Of a stretch of DNA of 64,000 bases, positions 43,800 to 58,130 are shown piece by piece. Each line of letters starts with the position of its first letter. The stretch's first letter is position 1. A program made the translations under genes and the position numbers. Below the pieces are notes generated by a model. That model was not told where the DNA came from. It was given only the letters and a program-made list of their open reading frames with translations, and did not search any database. This DNA comes from Eledone cirrhosa (lineage: Eukaryota), in the NCBI GenBank assembly GCA_964016885.1, contig OZ024742.1:22568001-22632000 (forward strand), given 5' to 3'.

Positions 43800-46130
43800 A
43801 AATTACCAAGATATTCCAACGCCCTGTCACGTTAACACACTAAAATATAGACACAAGTATCGCGGTATCAAATTACCAAGAGATTCCCCCTCTTCTGTCA
43901 CCTTAACTCACTAAAACAGAGACACACGTATCGCGGTATCAAATTACCAAGAGATTCCCCCCTATTCTGTCACCTTAATTCACTGAAACAGAGACACAAG
44001 TATCGCGGTATCAAATTACCAAGATATTCCCACTCTTCTGTCACCTTAACTCACTGAAACAGAGACACAAGTATCCGGGTATCAAATTACCAGGATATTC
44101 CCCCCTCTTCTGTCACCTTAACTCACTGACACAGAGACACAAGTATCGCTGTATCAAATTACCAAGAGATTACCACTCTTCTGTCACCTTAACTCACTGA
44201 AACAGAGACACAAGTATCGCGGTATCAAATTACCAAGAGATTCCCCACTCTTCTGTCACCTTAACTCAAAAAAACAGAGACACAAGTATCGCGGTATCAA
44301 ATTACCAATAGATTCCCACTCTTCTGTCACCTTAACTCACTGAAATATAGACACAAGTATCTCGGTATCAAATTACCAAGAGATACCCACTCTTCTGTCA
44401 CCTTAACTCACTGAATCAGAGACACAAGTATCGCGGTATCAAATTACCAAGAGATTCCCCCTCTTCTGTCACCTTAACTCGCTGAAACAGAGACACAAGT
44501 ATCGCGGTATCAAATTACCAAGATATTCCCACTCTTCTGTCACCTTAACTCACTGAAACAGAGACACAAGTATCGCGGTATCAAATTACCAAGAGATTCC
44601 CACTCTTCTGTCACATTAACTCACTGAAACAGAGACACAAGTATCGCGCTATCAAATTACCAGGAGATTCCCCCCTCTTCTGTCACCTTAACTCACTGAA
44701 ACAGAGACACAAGTATCGCGGTAATAAATTACCAAGATATTCCCACGCTCTGTCACGTTAACACACTAAAATATAGACACAAGTATCGCGGTATCAAATT
44801 ACCAAGAGATTCCCCCTCTTCTGTCACCTTAACTCACTAAAACAAAGACACACGTATCGCGGTATCAAATTACCAAGAGATTCCCCCCTCTTCTGTCACC
44901 TTAATTCACTGAAACAGAGACACAAGTATCGCGGTATCAAATTACCAAGATATTCCCACTCTTCTGTCACCTTAACTCACTGAAACAGAGACACAAGTAT
45001 CCGGGTATCAAATTACCAGGAGATTCCCCCCTCTTCTGTCACCTTAACTCACTGACACAGAGACACAAGTATCGCTGTATCAAATTACCAAGAGATTACC
45101 ACTCTTCTGTCACCTTAACTCACTGAAACAGAGACACAAGTATCGCGGTATCAAATTACCAAGAGATTCCCCACTCTTCTGTCACCTTAACTCAAAAAAA
45201 CAGAGACACAAGTATCGCGGTATCAAATTACCAAGAGATTCCCACTCTTCTGTCACCTTAACTCACTGAAATATAGACACAAGTATCTCGGTATCAAATT
45301 ACCAAGAGATTCCCACTCTTCTGTCACCTTAACTCACTGAATCAGAGACACAAGTATCGCGGTATCAAATTACCAAGAGATTCCCCCTCTTCTGTCACCT
45401 TAACTCGCTGAAACAGAGACACAAGTATCGCGGTATCAAATTACCAAGATATTCCCACTCTTCTGTCACCTTAACTCACTGAAACAGAGACACAAGTATC
45501 GCGGTATTAAATTACCAAGAGATTCCCACTCTTCTGTCACATTAACTCACTGAAACAGAGACACAAGTATCGCGCTATCAAATTACCAGGAGATTCCCCC
45601 CTCTTCTGTCACCTTAACTCACTGAAACAGAGACACAAGTATCGCGGTAATAAATTACCAAGATATTCCCACGCTCTGTCACGTTAACACACTAAAATAT
45701 AGACACAAGTATCGCGGTATCAAATTACCAAGAGATTCCCCCTCTTCTGTCACCTTAACTCACTAAAACAAAGACACACGTATCGCGGTATCAAATTACC
45801 AAGAGATTCCCCCCTCTTCTGTCTCCTTAATTCACTGAAACAGAGACACAAGTATCGCGGTATCAAACTACCAAGATATTCTCACTCTTCTGTCACCTTA
45901 ACTCACTGAAACAGAGACACAAGTATCCCGGTATCAAATTACCAGGAGATTCCCCCCTCTTCTGTCACCTTAACTCACTGAAACAGAGACACAAGTATCG
46001 CTGTATCAAATTACCAAGAGATTACCACTCTTCTGTCACCTTAACTCACTGAAACAGAGACACAAGTATCGCGGTATCAAATTACCAAGAGATTCCCCAC
46101 TCTTCTGTCACCTTAACTCAATAAAACAGA
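43800..46130. repeat. Regular 13-monomer higher-order repeat (period 926 bp, ~2.5 copies)
   Basis: Marker monomer at 43816/44742/45668; CTCAAAAAAAC at 44265/45191; CTGAATCAG at 44411/45337. Confidence 0.9.
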
Positions 46131-48649
46131 GACACAAGTATCGCGGTATCAAATTACCCAGATATTCCCACTCTTCTGTCAACTTAACTCACTGAAACAG
46201 AGACACAAGTATCGCGGTATCAAATTACCAAGAGATTCCCACTCTTCTGTCACCTTAACTCACTGAAACAGAGACACAAGTATCGCGGTATCAAATTACC
46301 AGGAGATTCCCCACTCTTCTGTCACCTTAACTCAATGAAACAGAAACACAAGTATCGCGGTATCAAGTTACCAAGAGATTACCACTCTTCTGTCACCTTA
46401 ACTCACTGAAACAGAGACACAAGTATCGCGGTATCAAATTACCAAGGGGTTCCCCACTCTTCTGTCACATTAACTCACTGAAACAGAGACACAAGTATCG
46501 CGGTATCAAATTACCAAGAGATTCCCACTCTTCTGTCACATTAACTCACTGAAACAGAGACACATGTATCGCGGTATCAAATTATCAAGAGATTCTCACG
46601 CTTTGTCACGTTAACTCACTGAAACAGAGACACAAGTATCGCGCTATCAAATTACCAGGAGATTCCCCCCTCTTCTGTCACCTTAACTCACTGAAACAGA
46701 GACACAAGTATCGCGGTAATAAATTACCAAGATATTCCCACGCTCTGTCACGTTAACACACTAAAATATATACACAAGTATCGCGGTATCAAATTACCAA
46801 GAGATTCCCCCTCTTCTGTCACCATAACTCACTAAAACAGAGACACACGTATCGCGGTATCAAATTACCAAGAGATTCCCCCCACTTCTGTCACCTTAAT
46901 TCACTGAAACAGAGACACAAGTATCGCGGTATCAAATTAACAAGAGATTCCCACTCTTCTGTCACATTAACTCACTGAAACAGAGACACATGTATCGCGG
47001 TATCAAGTTATCAAGAGATTCCCCCTCTTCTGTCACCTTAACTCACTGAAACAGAGACACAAGTATCGCGGTATCAAATTACCAAGAGATTCCCCACTCT
47101 TCTGTCACCTTAACTCGCTGAAACAGAGACACAAGTATCGCGGTATCAAATTACCAAGATATTCCCCCTCTTCTGTCACCTTAACTCACTGAAACAGAGA
47201 CACAAGTATCGCGGTATCAAATTACTAAGAGATTCCCACTCTTCTGTCACCTTAACTCACTGAAACAGAGACACAAGTATCGCGGTATCAAATTACCAGG
47301 AGATTCCCCACTCTTCTGTCACCTTAACTCAATGAAACAGAGACACAAGTATCGCGGTATCAAATTACCAAGAGATACCCGACTCTTCTGTCACCTTAAC
47401 TCACTGAAACAGAGACACAAGTATCGCGGTATCAAATTACCAGGAGATTCCCCCCTCTTCTGTCACCTTAACTCACTGAAACAGAGACACAAGTATCGCG
47501 GTAATAAATTACCAAGATATTCCCACTCTTCTGTCACCTTAACTCACAGAAACAGAGACACGAGTATCGCGGTATCAAATTACCAAGAGATTCCCACTCT
47601 TCTGTCACGTTAACTCACTGAAACAGAGACACAAGTATCGCTGTATCAAATTATCAAGAGATTCCCACGCTCTGTCACGTTAACACACTAAAATATAGAC
47701 ACAAGTATCGCGGTATCAAATTACCAAGAGATTCCCCCCTCTTCTGTCACCTTAATTCACTGAAACAGAGACACAAGTATCGCGGTATCAAATTACCAAG
47801 ATATTCCCACTCTTCTGTCACCTTAACTCACTGAAACAGAGACACAAGTATCCCGGTATCAAATTACCAGGAGATTTCCCCCTCTTCTGTCACCTTAACT
47901 CACTGAAACAGAGACACAAGTATCGCTGTATCAAACTACCAAGAGATTCCCACTCTTCTGTCACCTTAACTCAATAAAACAGAGACACAAGTATCGCGTT
48001 ATAAATTACCAAGAGATACCCACTCTTCTGTCACCTTAACTCACTGAAACAGAGACACAAGTATCGCGGTATCAAATTACCAAGAGATTCCCCACTCTTC
48101 TGTCACCATAACTCAATAAAACAGAGACACAAGTATCGCGTTATCAAATTACCAAGAGATACCCACTCTTCTGTCACCTTAACTCACTGAAACAGAGACA
48201 CAAGTATCGCGGTATCAAATTACCAAGAGATTCCCACTGTTCTGTCACCTTAACTCTCTGAAACAGAGACACAAGTATCGCGGTATCAACTTACCAAGAG
48301 ATTCCCCCCTCTTCGGTCACCTTAACTCACTGAAACAGACACAAGTATCGCGGTATCAAATTACCAAGAGATTCCCACCTCCTCGGTCACCTTACCTCAT
48401 TGAAACAGAGACACAAGTATCGCGGTATCAAATTACCAATAGATTCCCACTCTTCTGTCACCTTAACTAACTGAAACAGAGACACAAGTATCGCGGTATC
48501 AACTTACCAAGAGATTCCCGCCTCTTCTGTCACATTGACTCACTGAAACAGAGACACAAGTATCGCGGTATCAAATTACCAAGAGATTCCCCCCTCTTCG
48601 GTCACCTTAACTCACTGAAACAGACACAAGTATCGCGGTATCAAATTAC

Positions 48650-51600
48650 CAAGAGATTCCCACTCTTCTGTCACCGTAACTCACTGAAACAGAGACACAA
48701 GTATCGCGGTATCAAATTACCAAGAGATTCCCCACTCTTCTGTCACCTTAACTCGCTGAAACAGAGACACAAGTATCGCGGTATCAAATTACCAGGAGAT
48801 TCCCCCCTCTTCTGTCACCTTAACTCACTGAAACAGAGACACAAGTATCGCGGTATCAAATTACCAAGATATTCCCCCTCTTCTGTCACCTTAACTCACT
48901 GAAACAGAGACACAAGTATCCCGGTATCAAATTACCAGGAGATTCCCCCTCTTCTGTCACCTTAACTCACTGAAACAGAGACACAATATCGCTGTATCAA
49001 ATTACCAAGAGATCACCACTCTTCTGTCACCTTAACTCACTGAAACAGAGACACAAGTATCGCGGTATCAAATTACCAAGAGATTCCCCACTCTTCTGTC
49101 ACCTTAACTCAATAAAACAGAGACACAAGTATCGCGGTATCAAATTACCAAGAGATTCCCACTCTTCTGTCACCTTAACTCACTGAAATATAGACACAAG
49201 TATCTCGGTATCAAATTACCAAGAGATTCCCACTCTTCTGTCACCTTAACTCACTGAAACAGAGACACAAGTATCGCGGTATCAAATTACCAAGAGATTC
49301 CCCACTCTTCTGTCACCTTAACTCGCTGAAACAGAGACACAAGTATCGCGGTATCAAATTACCAAGATATTCCCCCTCTTCTGTCACCTTAACTCACTGA
49401 AACAGAGACACAAGTATCGCGGTATCAAATTACTAAGAGATTCCCACTCTTCTGTCACCTTAACTCACTGAAACAGAGACACAAGTATCGCGGTATCAAA
49501 TTACCAGGAGATTCCCCACTCTTCTGTCACCTTAACTCAATGAAACAGAGACACAAGTATCGCGGTATCAAATTACCAAGAGATACCCGACACTTCTGTC
49601 ACCTTAACTCACTGAAACAGAGCCACAAGTATCGCGGTGTCAAGTTACCAAGAGATTACCACTCTTCTGTCACCTTAACCCACTGAAACACAGACACAAG
49701 TATCGGGGTATTAAATTACAAAGAGATTCCCCTCTCTTCTGTCACCTTAACTCACTGAAACAGAGACACAAGTATCCCGGTATCAAATTAACAAGAGATT
49801 CCCACTCTTCTGTCACATTAACTCACTGAAACAGAGACACATGTATCGCGGTATCAAGTTATCAAGAGATTCCCCCTCTTCTGTCACCTTAACTCACTAA
49901 AACAGAGACACACGTATCGCGGTATCAAATTACCAAGAGATTCCCACTCTTCTGTCACCTTAACTCACTGAAACAGAGACACAAGTATCGCGGTATCAAA
50001 TTACCAAGAGATTCCCACTGTTCTGTCACCTTAACTCTCTGAAACAGAGACACAAGTATCGCGGTATCAACTTACCAAGAGATTCCCCCCTCTTCGGTCA
50101 CCTTAACTCACTGAAACAGACACAAGTATCGCGGTATCAAATTACCAAGAGATTCCCACCTCCTCGGTCACCTTACCTCATTGAAACAGAGACACAAGTA
50201 TCGCGGTATCAAATTACCAATAGATTCCCACTCTTCTGTCACCTTAACTAACTGAAACAGAGACACAAGTATCGCGGTATCAACTTACCAAGAGATTCCC
50301 GCCTCTTCTGTCACATTGACTCACTGAAACAGAGACACAAGTATCGCGGTATCAAATTACCAAGAGATTCCCCCCTCTTCGGTCACCTTAACTCACTGAA
50401 ACAGACACAAGTATCGCGGTATCAAATTACCAAGAGATTCCCACCTCCTCGGTCACCTTACCTCACTGAAACAGAGACACAAGTATCGCGGTATCAAATT
50501 ACTAAGAGATTCCCACTCTTCTGTCACCTTAACTCACTGAAATATAGACACAAGTATCTCGGTATCAAATTACCAAGAGATTCCCACTCTTCTGTCACCG
50601 TAACTCACTGAAACAGAGACACAAGTATCGCGGTATCAAATTACCAAGAGATTCCCCACTCTTCTGTCACCTTAACTCGCTGAAACAGAGACACAAGTAT
50701 CGCGGTATCAAATTACCAGGAGATTCCCCCCTCTTCTGTCACCTTAACTCACTGAAACAGAGACACAAGTATCGCGGTATCAAATTACCAAGATATTCCC
50801 CCTCTTCTGTCACCTTAACTCACTGAAACAGAGACACAAGTATCCCGGTATCAAATTACCAGGAGATTCCCCCTCTTCTGTCACCTTAACTCACTGAAAC
50901 AGAGACACAATATCGCTGTATCAAATTACCAAGAGATCACCACTCTTCTGTCACCTTAACTCACTGAAACAGAGACACAAGTATCGCGGTATCAAATTAC
51001 CAAGAGATTCCCCACTCTTCTGTCACCTTAACTCAATAAAACAGAGACACAAGTATCGCGGTATCAAATTACCAAGAGATTCCCACTCTTCTGTCACCTT
51101 AACTCACTGAAATATAGACACAAGTATCTCGGTATCAAATTACCAAGAGATTCCCACTCTTCTGTCACCTTAACTCACTGAAACAGAGACACAAGTATCG
51201 CGGTATCAAATTACCAAGAGATTCCCCACTCTTCTGTCACCTTAACTCGCTGAAACAGAGACACAAGTATCGCGGTATCAAATTACCAAGATATTCCCCC
51301 TCTTCTGTCACCTTAACTCACTGAAACAGAGACACAAGTATCGCGGTATCAAATTACTAAGAGATTCCCACTCTTCTGTCACCTTAACTCACTGAAACAG
51401 AGACACAAGTATCGCGGTATCAAATTACCAGGAGATTCCCCACTCTTCTGTCACCTTAACTCAATGAAACAGAGACACAAGTATCGCGGTATCAAATTAC
51501 CAAGAGATACCGACACTTCTGTCACCTTAACTCACTGAAACAGAGCCACAAGTATCTTGGTGTCAAGTTACCAAGAGATTACCACTCTTCTGTCACCTTA

Positions 51601-51900
51601 ACCCACTGAAACACAGACACAAGTATCGGGGTATTAAATTACAAAGAGATTCCCCTCTCTTCTGTCACCTTAACTCACTGAAACAGAGACACAAGTATCC
51701 CGGTATCAAATTAACAAGAGATTCCCACTCTTCTGTCACATTAACTCACTGAAACAGAGACACATGTATCGCGGTATCAAGTTATCAAGAGATTCCCCCT
51801 CTTCTGTCACCTTAACTCACTAAAACAGAGACACACGTATCGCGGTATCAAATTACCAAGAGATTCCCACTCTTCTGTCACCTTAACTCACTGAAACAGA
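48650..51900. repeat. Duplication of a 27-monomer block (period ~1924 bp)
   Basis: GATCACCAC at 49011/50935; AGCCACAAG at 49621/51544; the CACCGTAAC and TATCGGGGTATT variants are also duplicated. Confidence 0.87.
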
Positions 51901-54900
51901 GACACAAGTATCGCGGTATCAAATTACCAGGAGATTCCCCACTCTTCTGTCACCTTAACTCACTGAAACAGAGACACAAGTATCGCGGTAATAAATTACC
52001 AAGATATTCCCACTCTTCTGTCACCTTAACTCACAGAAACAGAGACACGAGTATCGCGGTATCAAATTACCAAGAGATTCCCACTCTTCTGTCACATTAA
52101 CTCACTGAAACAGAGACACAAGTATCGCTGTATCATATTATCAAGAGATTCCCACGCTCTGTCACGTTAACACACTAAAATATAGACACAAGTATCGCGG
52201 TATCAAATTACCAATAGATTCCCCCCTCTTCCGTCACCTTAATTCACTGAAACAGAGACACAAGTATCGCGGTATCAAATTACCAAGATATTCCCACTCT
52301 TCTGTCACCTTAACTCACTGAAACAGAGACACAAGTATCCCGGTATCAAATTACCAGGAGATTCCCCCCTCTTCTGTCACCTTAACTCACTGAAACAGAG
52401 ACACAAGTATCGCTGTATCAAACTATCAAGAGATTCCCACTCTTCTGTCACCTTAACTCAATAAAACAGAGACACAAGTATCGCGTTATCAAATTACCAA
52501 GAGATACCCACTCTTCTGTCACCTTAACTCACTGAAACAGAGACACAAGTATCGCGGTATCAAATTACCAAGAGATTCCCACTGTTCTGTCACCTTAACT
52601 CACTGAAACAGAGACACAAGTATCGCGGTATCAACTTACCAAGAGATTCCCGCCTCTTCTGTCACATTGACTCACTGAAACAGAGACACAAGTATCGCGG
52701 TATCAAATTACCAAGAGATTCCCCCCTCTTCGGTCACATTAACTCACTGAAACAGACACAAGTATCGCGGTATCAAATTACCAAGAGATTCCCACCTCCT
52801 CGGTCACCTTACCTCACTGAAACAGAGACACAAGTATCGCGGTATCAAATTACCAAGAGATTCCCACTCTTCTGTCACCTTAACTCACTGAAACAGAGAC
52901 ACAAGTATCGCGGTATCAACTTACCAAGAGATTCCCGCCTCTTCTGTCACATTGACTCACTGAAACAGAGACACAAGTATCGCGGTATCAAATTACCAAG
53001 AGATTCCCCCCTCTTCGGTCACCTTAACTCACTGAAACAGACACAAGTATCGCGGTAGCAAATTACCAAGAGATTCCCACCTCCTCGGTCACCTTACCTC
53101 ACTGAAACAGAGACACAAGTATCGCGGTATCAAATTACTAAGAGATTCCCACTCTTCTGTCACCTTAACTCACTGACATATAGACACAAGTATCTCGGTA
53201 TCAAATTACCAAGAGATTCCCACTCTTCTGTCACCTTAACTCACTGAAACAGAGACACAAGTATCGCGGTATCAAATTACCAAGAGATTCCCCACTCTTC
53301 TGTCACCTTAACTCGCTGAAACAGAGACACAAGTATCGCCGTATCATATTACCAGGAGATTCCCCCCTCTTCTGTCACCTTAACTCACTGAAACAGAGAC
53401 ACAAGTATCGCGGTAATAAATTACCAAGATATTCCCACGCTCTGTCACGTTAACACACTAAAATATAGTCACAAGTATCGCGGTATCAAATTACCAAGAG
53501 ATTCCCCCTCTTCTGTCACCTTAACTCACTAAAACAGAGACACACGTATCGCGGTATCAAATTACCAAGAGATGCCCCCCTCTTCTGTCACCTTAATTCA
53601 CTGAAACAGAGACACAAGTATCGCGGTATCAAATTACCAAGATATTCTCACTCTTCTGTCACCTTAACACACTGAAACAGAGACACAAGTATCCCGGTAT
53701 CAAATTACCAGGAGATTCCCCCCTCTTCTGTCACCTTAACTCACTGAAACAGAGACACAAGTATCGCTGTATCAAATTACCAAGTGATTACCACTCTTCT
53801 GTCACCTTAACTCACTGAAACAGAGACACAAGTATCGCGGTATCAAATTACCAAGAGATTCCCCACTCTTCTGTCACCTTAACTCAATAAAACAGAGACA
53901 CAAGTATCGCGGTATCAAATTACCAAGAGATTCCCACTCTTCTGTCATCTTAACTCACTGAAATATAGACACAAGTATCTCGGTATCAAATTACCAAGAG
54001 ATTCCCACTCTTCTGTCACCTTAACTCACTGAAACAGAGACACAAGTATCGCGGTATCAAATTACCAAGAGATTCCCCACTCTTCTGTCACATTAACTCG
54101 CTGAAACAGAGACACAAGTATCGCGGTATCAAATTACCAAAATATTCCCACTCTTCTGTCACCTTAACTCACTGAAACAGAGACACAAGTATCGCGGTAT
54201 CAAATTACCAAGAGATTCCCACTCTTCTGTCACCTTAACTCACTGAAACAGAGACACAAGTATCGCGGTGTCAAGTTACCAAGAGATTACCACTCTTCTG
54301 TCACCTTAACTCACTGAAACGGAGACACAAGTATCGGGGTATTAAATTACAAAGAGATTCCCCACTCTTCTGTCACCTTAATTCACTGAAACAGAGACAC
54401 AAGTATCGCGGTATCAAATTACCAAGATATTCCCACTCTTCTGTCACCTTAACTCACTGAAACAGAGACACAAGTATCCCGGTATCAAATTACCAGGAGA
54501 TTCCCGCCTCTTCTGTCAACTTAACTCACTGAAACAGTGACACAAGTATCGCGGTATCAAATTACCAAGAGATTCCCACTCTTCTGTCACCTTAACTCAC
54601 TGAAACAGAGACACAAGTATCGCGGTATCAAATTACCAGGAGATTCCCCCCCTCTTCTGTCACCTTAACTCACTGAAACAGAGACACAAGTATCGCGGTA
54701 AGAAAAGAACCAAGATATTCCCACTCTTCTGTCACCTTAACTCACAGAAACAGAGACACGAGTATCGCGGTATCAAATTACCAAGAGATTCCCACTCTTC
54801 TGTCACATTAACTCACTGAAACAGAGACACAAGTATCGCTGTATCAAATTATCAAGAGATTCCCACGCTCTGTCACGTTAACACACTAAAATATAGACAC

Positions 54901-55109
54901 AAGTATCGCTGTATCAAACTATCAAGAGATTCCCACTCTTCTGTCACCTTAACTCAATAAAACAGAGACACAAGAATCGCGTTATCAAATTACCAAGAGA
55001 TACCCACTCTTCTGTCACCTTAACTCACTGAAACAGAGACACAAGTATCGCGGTATCAAATTACCAAGAGATTCCCACTCTTCTGTCACCTTAACTCACT
55101 GAAACAGAG

Positions 55110-55160
55110 ACACAAGTATCGCGGTATCAACTTACCAAGAGATTCCCACAGAGACATAAG
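55110..55160. other. Truncated monomer (27 bp missing) / out-of-register junction at 55149-55150
   Basis: Sequence reads GATTCCCAC|AGAGACATAAG, lacking TCTTCTGTCACCTTAACTCACTGAAAC; both breakpoints end in AC. Confidence 0.92.
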
Positions 55161-56299
55161 TATCGCGGTATCAAATTACCAAGAGATTCCCCACTCTTCG
55201 GTCACCTTAACTCGCTGAAACAGAGACACAAGTATCACGGTATCAAATTACCAAGAGATTCCCACTCTTCTGTCACCTTAACTCACTGAAACAGAGACAC
55301 AAGTATCGCGGTATCAAATTTAAAGAGATTCCCACTCTTCTGTCACCTTAACTCACTGAAACAGAGACACAAGTATCCCGGTATCAAATACCAGGAGATT
55401 CCCCACTCTTCTGTCACCTTAACTCACTGAAACAGAGACACAAGTATCGCGGTATCAATTTACCAAGATATTCCCACTCTTCTGTCACCTTAACACTCTG
55501 AAACAGAGACACGAGTATCGCGGTAACAAATTACCAAGAGATTCCCCCCTCTTCTGTCACCTTAACTCACTGAAACAGAGACACAAGTATTGCGGTATCA
55601 AATTATCTAGAGATTCCCACTCTTCTGTCACATTAACTCACTGAAACAGAGACACAAGTATCGCGGTATTAAATTACCAAGAGATTCCCACTCTTCTGTC
55701 ACCTTAACTCACTGAAACAGAGACACAAGTATCGCGGTATCAAATTACCAGGAGATTCCCCCCTCTTCTGTCACCTTAACTCACTGAAACAGAGACACAA
55801 GTATCGCGGTATCAAATTACCAAGAGATTCCCACTCTTCTCTCACCTTAACTCACTGAAATATAGACACAAGTATCTCGGTATCAAATTACCAAGAGATT
55901 CCCACTCTTCTGTTACCTTAGCTCACTGAAACAGAGACACATGTATCGCGGTATCAAATTACCAAGAGATACCCGACTCTTTTGTCACCTTAACTCGATG
56001 AAAAAGAGACACAAGTATCGCGGTGTCAAATTACCAAGAGATTCCCACTCTTCTGTCACCTTAACTCACTGAAACAGAGACACAAGTATCGCGGTGTCAA
56101 ATTACCAAGAGATTACCACTCTTCTGTCACCTTAACTCACTGAAACAGAGACACAAGTATCGTGGTGTCAAATTACCAAGAGATTACCACTCTTCTGTCA
56201 CCTTAACTCACTGAAACAGAGACACAAGTATCGCGGTATCAAATTACCAGGAGATTCCCCCCTCTTCTGTCACCTTAACTCACTGAAACAGAGACACAA

Positions 56300-58130
56300 G
56301 TATCGCGGTATCAAATTACCAAGATATTCCCACTCTTCTGTCACCTTAACTCACTGAAACAGAGACAAAAGTATCGCGGTATCAAATTACCAAGAGATTA
56401 CCACTCTTCTGTCACCTTAACTCACTGAAACAGAGACACAAGTATCGCGGTATCAAATTACCAAGATATTCCCACTCTTCTGTCACCTTAACTCACTGAA
56501 ACAGAGACACAAGTATCGCGGTATCAAATTACCATGAGATTCCCCCTCTTCTGTCACATTAACTCACTGAAACAGAGACACAAGTATCGCGGTATCAAAT
56601 TACCAAGAAATTACCACTCTTCTGTCACCTTAACGCACTGAAACAGAGACACAAGTATCGCGGTATCAAATTACCAAGAGATTCCCCCCTCCTCTGTCAC
56701 CTTAACTCACTGAAACAGAGACACAAGTATTGCGGTATCAAATTACCAGGAGATTCCCCACTCTTCTGTCACCTTAACCTACTCAAACAGAGACACAAGT
56801 ATCGCGGTATCAAATTACCAAGATATTCCCACTCTTCTGTCACATTAACTCACTGAAACAGAGACACAAGTATCGCGGTATCAAATTTAAAGAGATTCTC
56901 ACTCTTCTGTCACCTTAACTCACTGAAACAGAGACACAAGTATCCCGGTATCAAATTACCAGGAGATTCCCCACTCTTCTGTCACCTTAACTCACTGAAA
57001 CAGAGACACAAGTATCGCGGTATCAAATTACCAAGAGATTACCACTCTTCTGTCACCTTAACTCACTGAAACAGAGACACAAGTATCGCGGTATCAAATT
57101 ACCAAGAGATTACCACTCTTCTGTCACCTTAACTCACTGAAACAGAGACACAAGTATCGCGGTATCAATTTACCAAGATATTCCCACTCTTCTGTCACCT
57201 TAACTCACTGAAACAGAGACACAAGTATCGCGGTATCAAATTACCAATATATTCCCACTCTTCTGTCACCTTAACTCACTGAAACAGAGACACAAGTATC
57301 GCGGTATCAAATTACCAAGAGATTACCACTCTTCTGTCACCTTAACTCACTGAAACAGAGACACAAGTATCGCGGTATCAAATTACCAAGATATTCCCAC
57401 TCTTCTGTCACCTTAACTCACTGAAACAGAGACACAAGTATCGCGGTATCAAATTACCATGAGATTCCCCCTCTTCTGTCACATTAACTCACTGAAACAG
57501 AGACACAAGTATCGCGGTATCAAATTACCAAAAAATTACCACTCTTCTGTCACCTTAACGCACTGAAACAGAGACACAAGTATCGCGGTATCAAATTACC
57601 AAGAGATTCCCCCCTCCTCTGTCACCTTAACTCACTGAAACAGAGACACAAGTATTGCGGTATCAAATTACCAGGAGATTCCCCACTCTTCTGTCACCTT
57701 AACCTACTCAAACAGAGACACAAGTATCGCGGTATCAAATTACCAAGATATTCCCACTCTTCTGTCACATTAACTCACTGAAACAGAGACACAAGTATCG
57801 CGGTATCAAATTTAAAGAGATTCCCACTCTTCTGTCACCTTAACTCACTGAAACAGAGACACAAGTATCCCGGTATCAAATTACCAGGAGATTCCCCACT
57901 CTTCTGTCACCTTCACTCACTGAAACAGAGACACAAGTATCGCGGTATCAAATTACCAAGAGATTACCACTCTTCTGTCACCTTAACTCACTGAAACAGA
58001 GACACAAGTATCGCGGTATCAAATTACCAAGAGATTACCACTCTTCTGTCACCTTAACTCACTGAAACAGAGACACAAGTATCGCGGTATCAATTTACCA
58101 AGATATTCCCACTCTTCTGTCACCTTGACT
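56300..58130. repeat. Duplication of a 13-monomer block (period 925 bp) in the right-hand variant lineage
   Basis: ACCATGAG at 56531/57456; TAACGCAC at 56631/57556. Confidence 0.88.

Noticed and set aside
47332-47613. 93-aa ORF with KQRHKYRGIKLP repeats
   Set aside because: It is the stop-free frame of consecutive 72-bp monomers with an ATG made by a single C>A variant. The frame shifts at the next 71-bp unit, and the 71/72 mixture shows no selection for reading frame.
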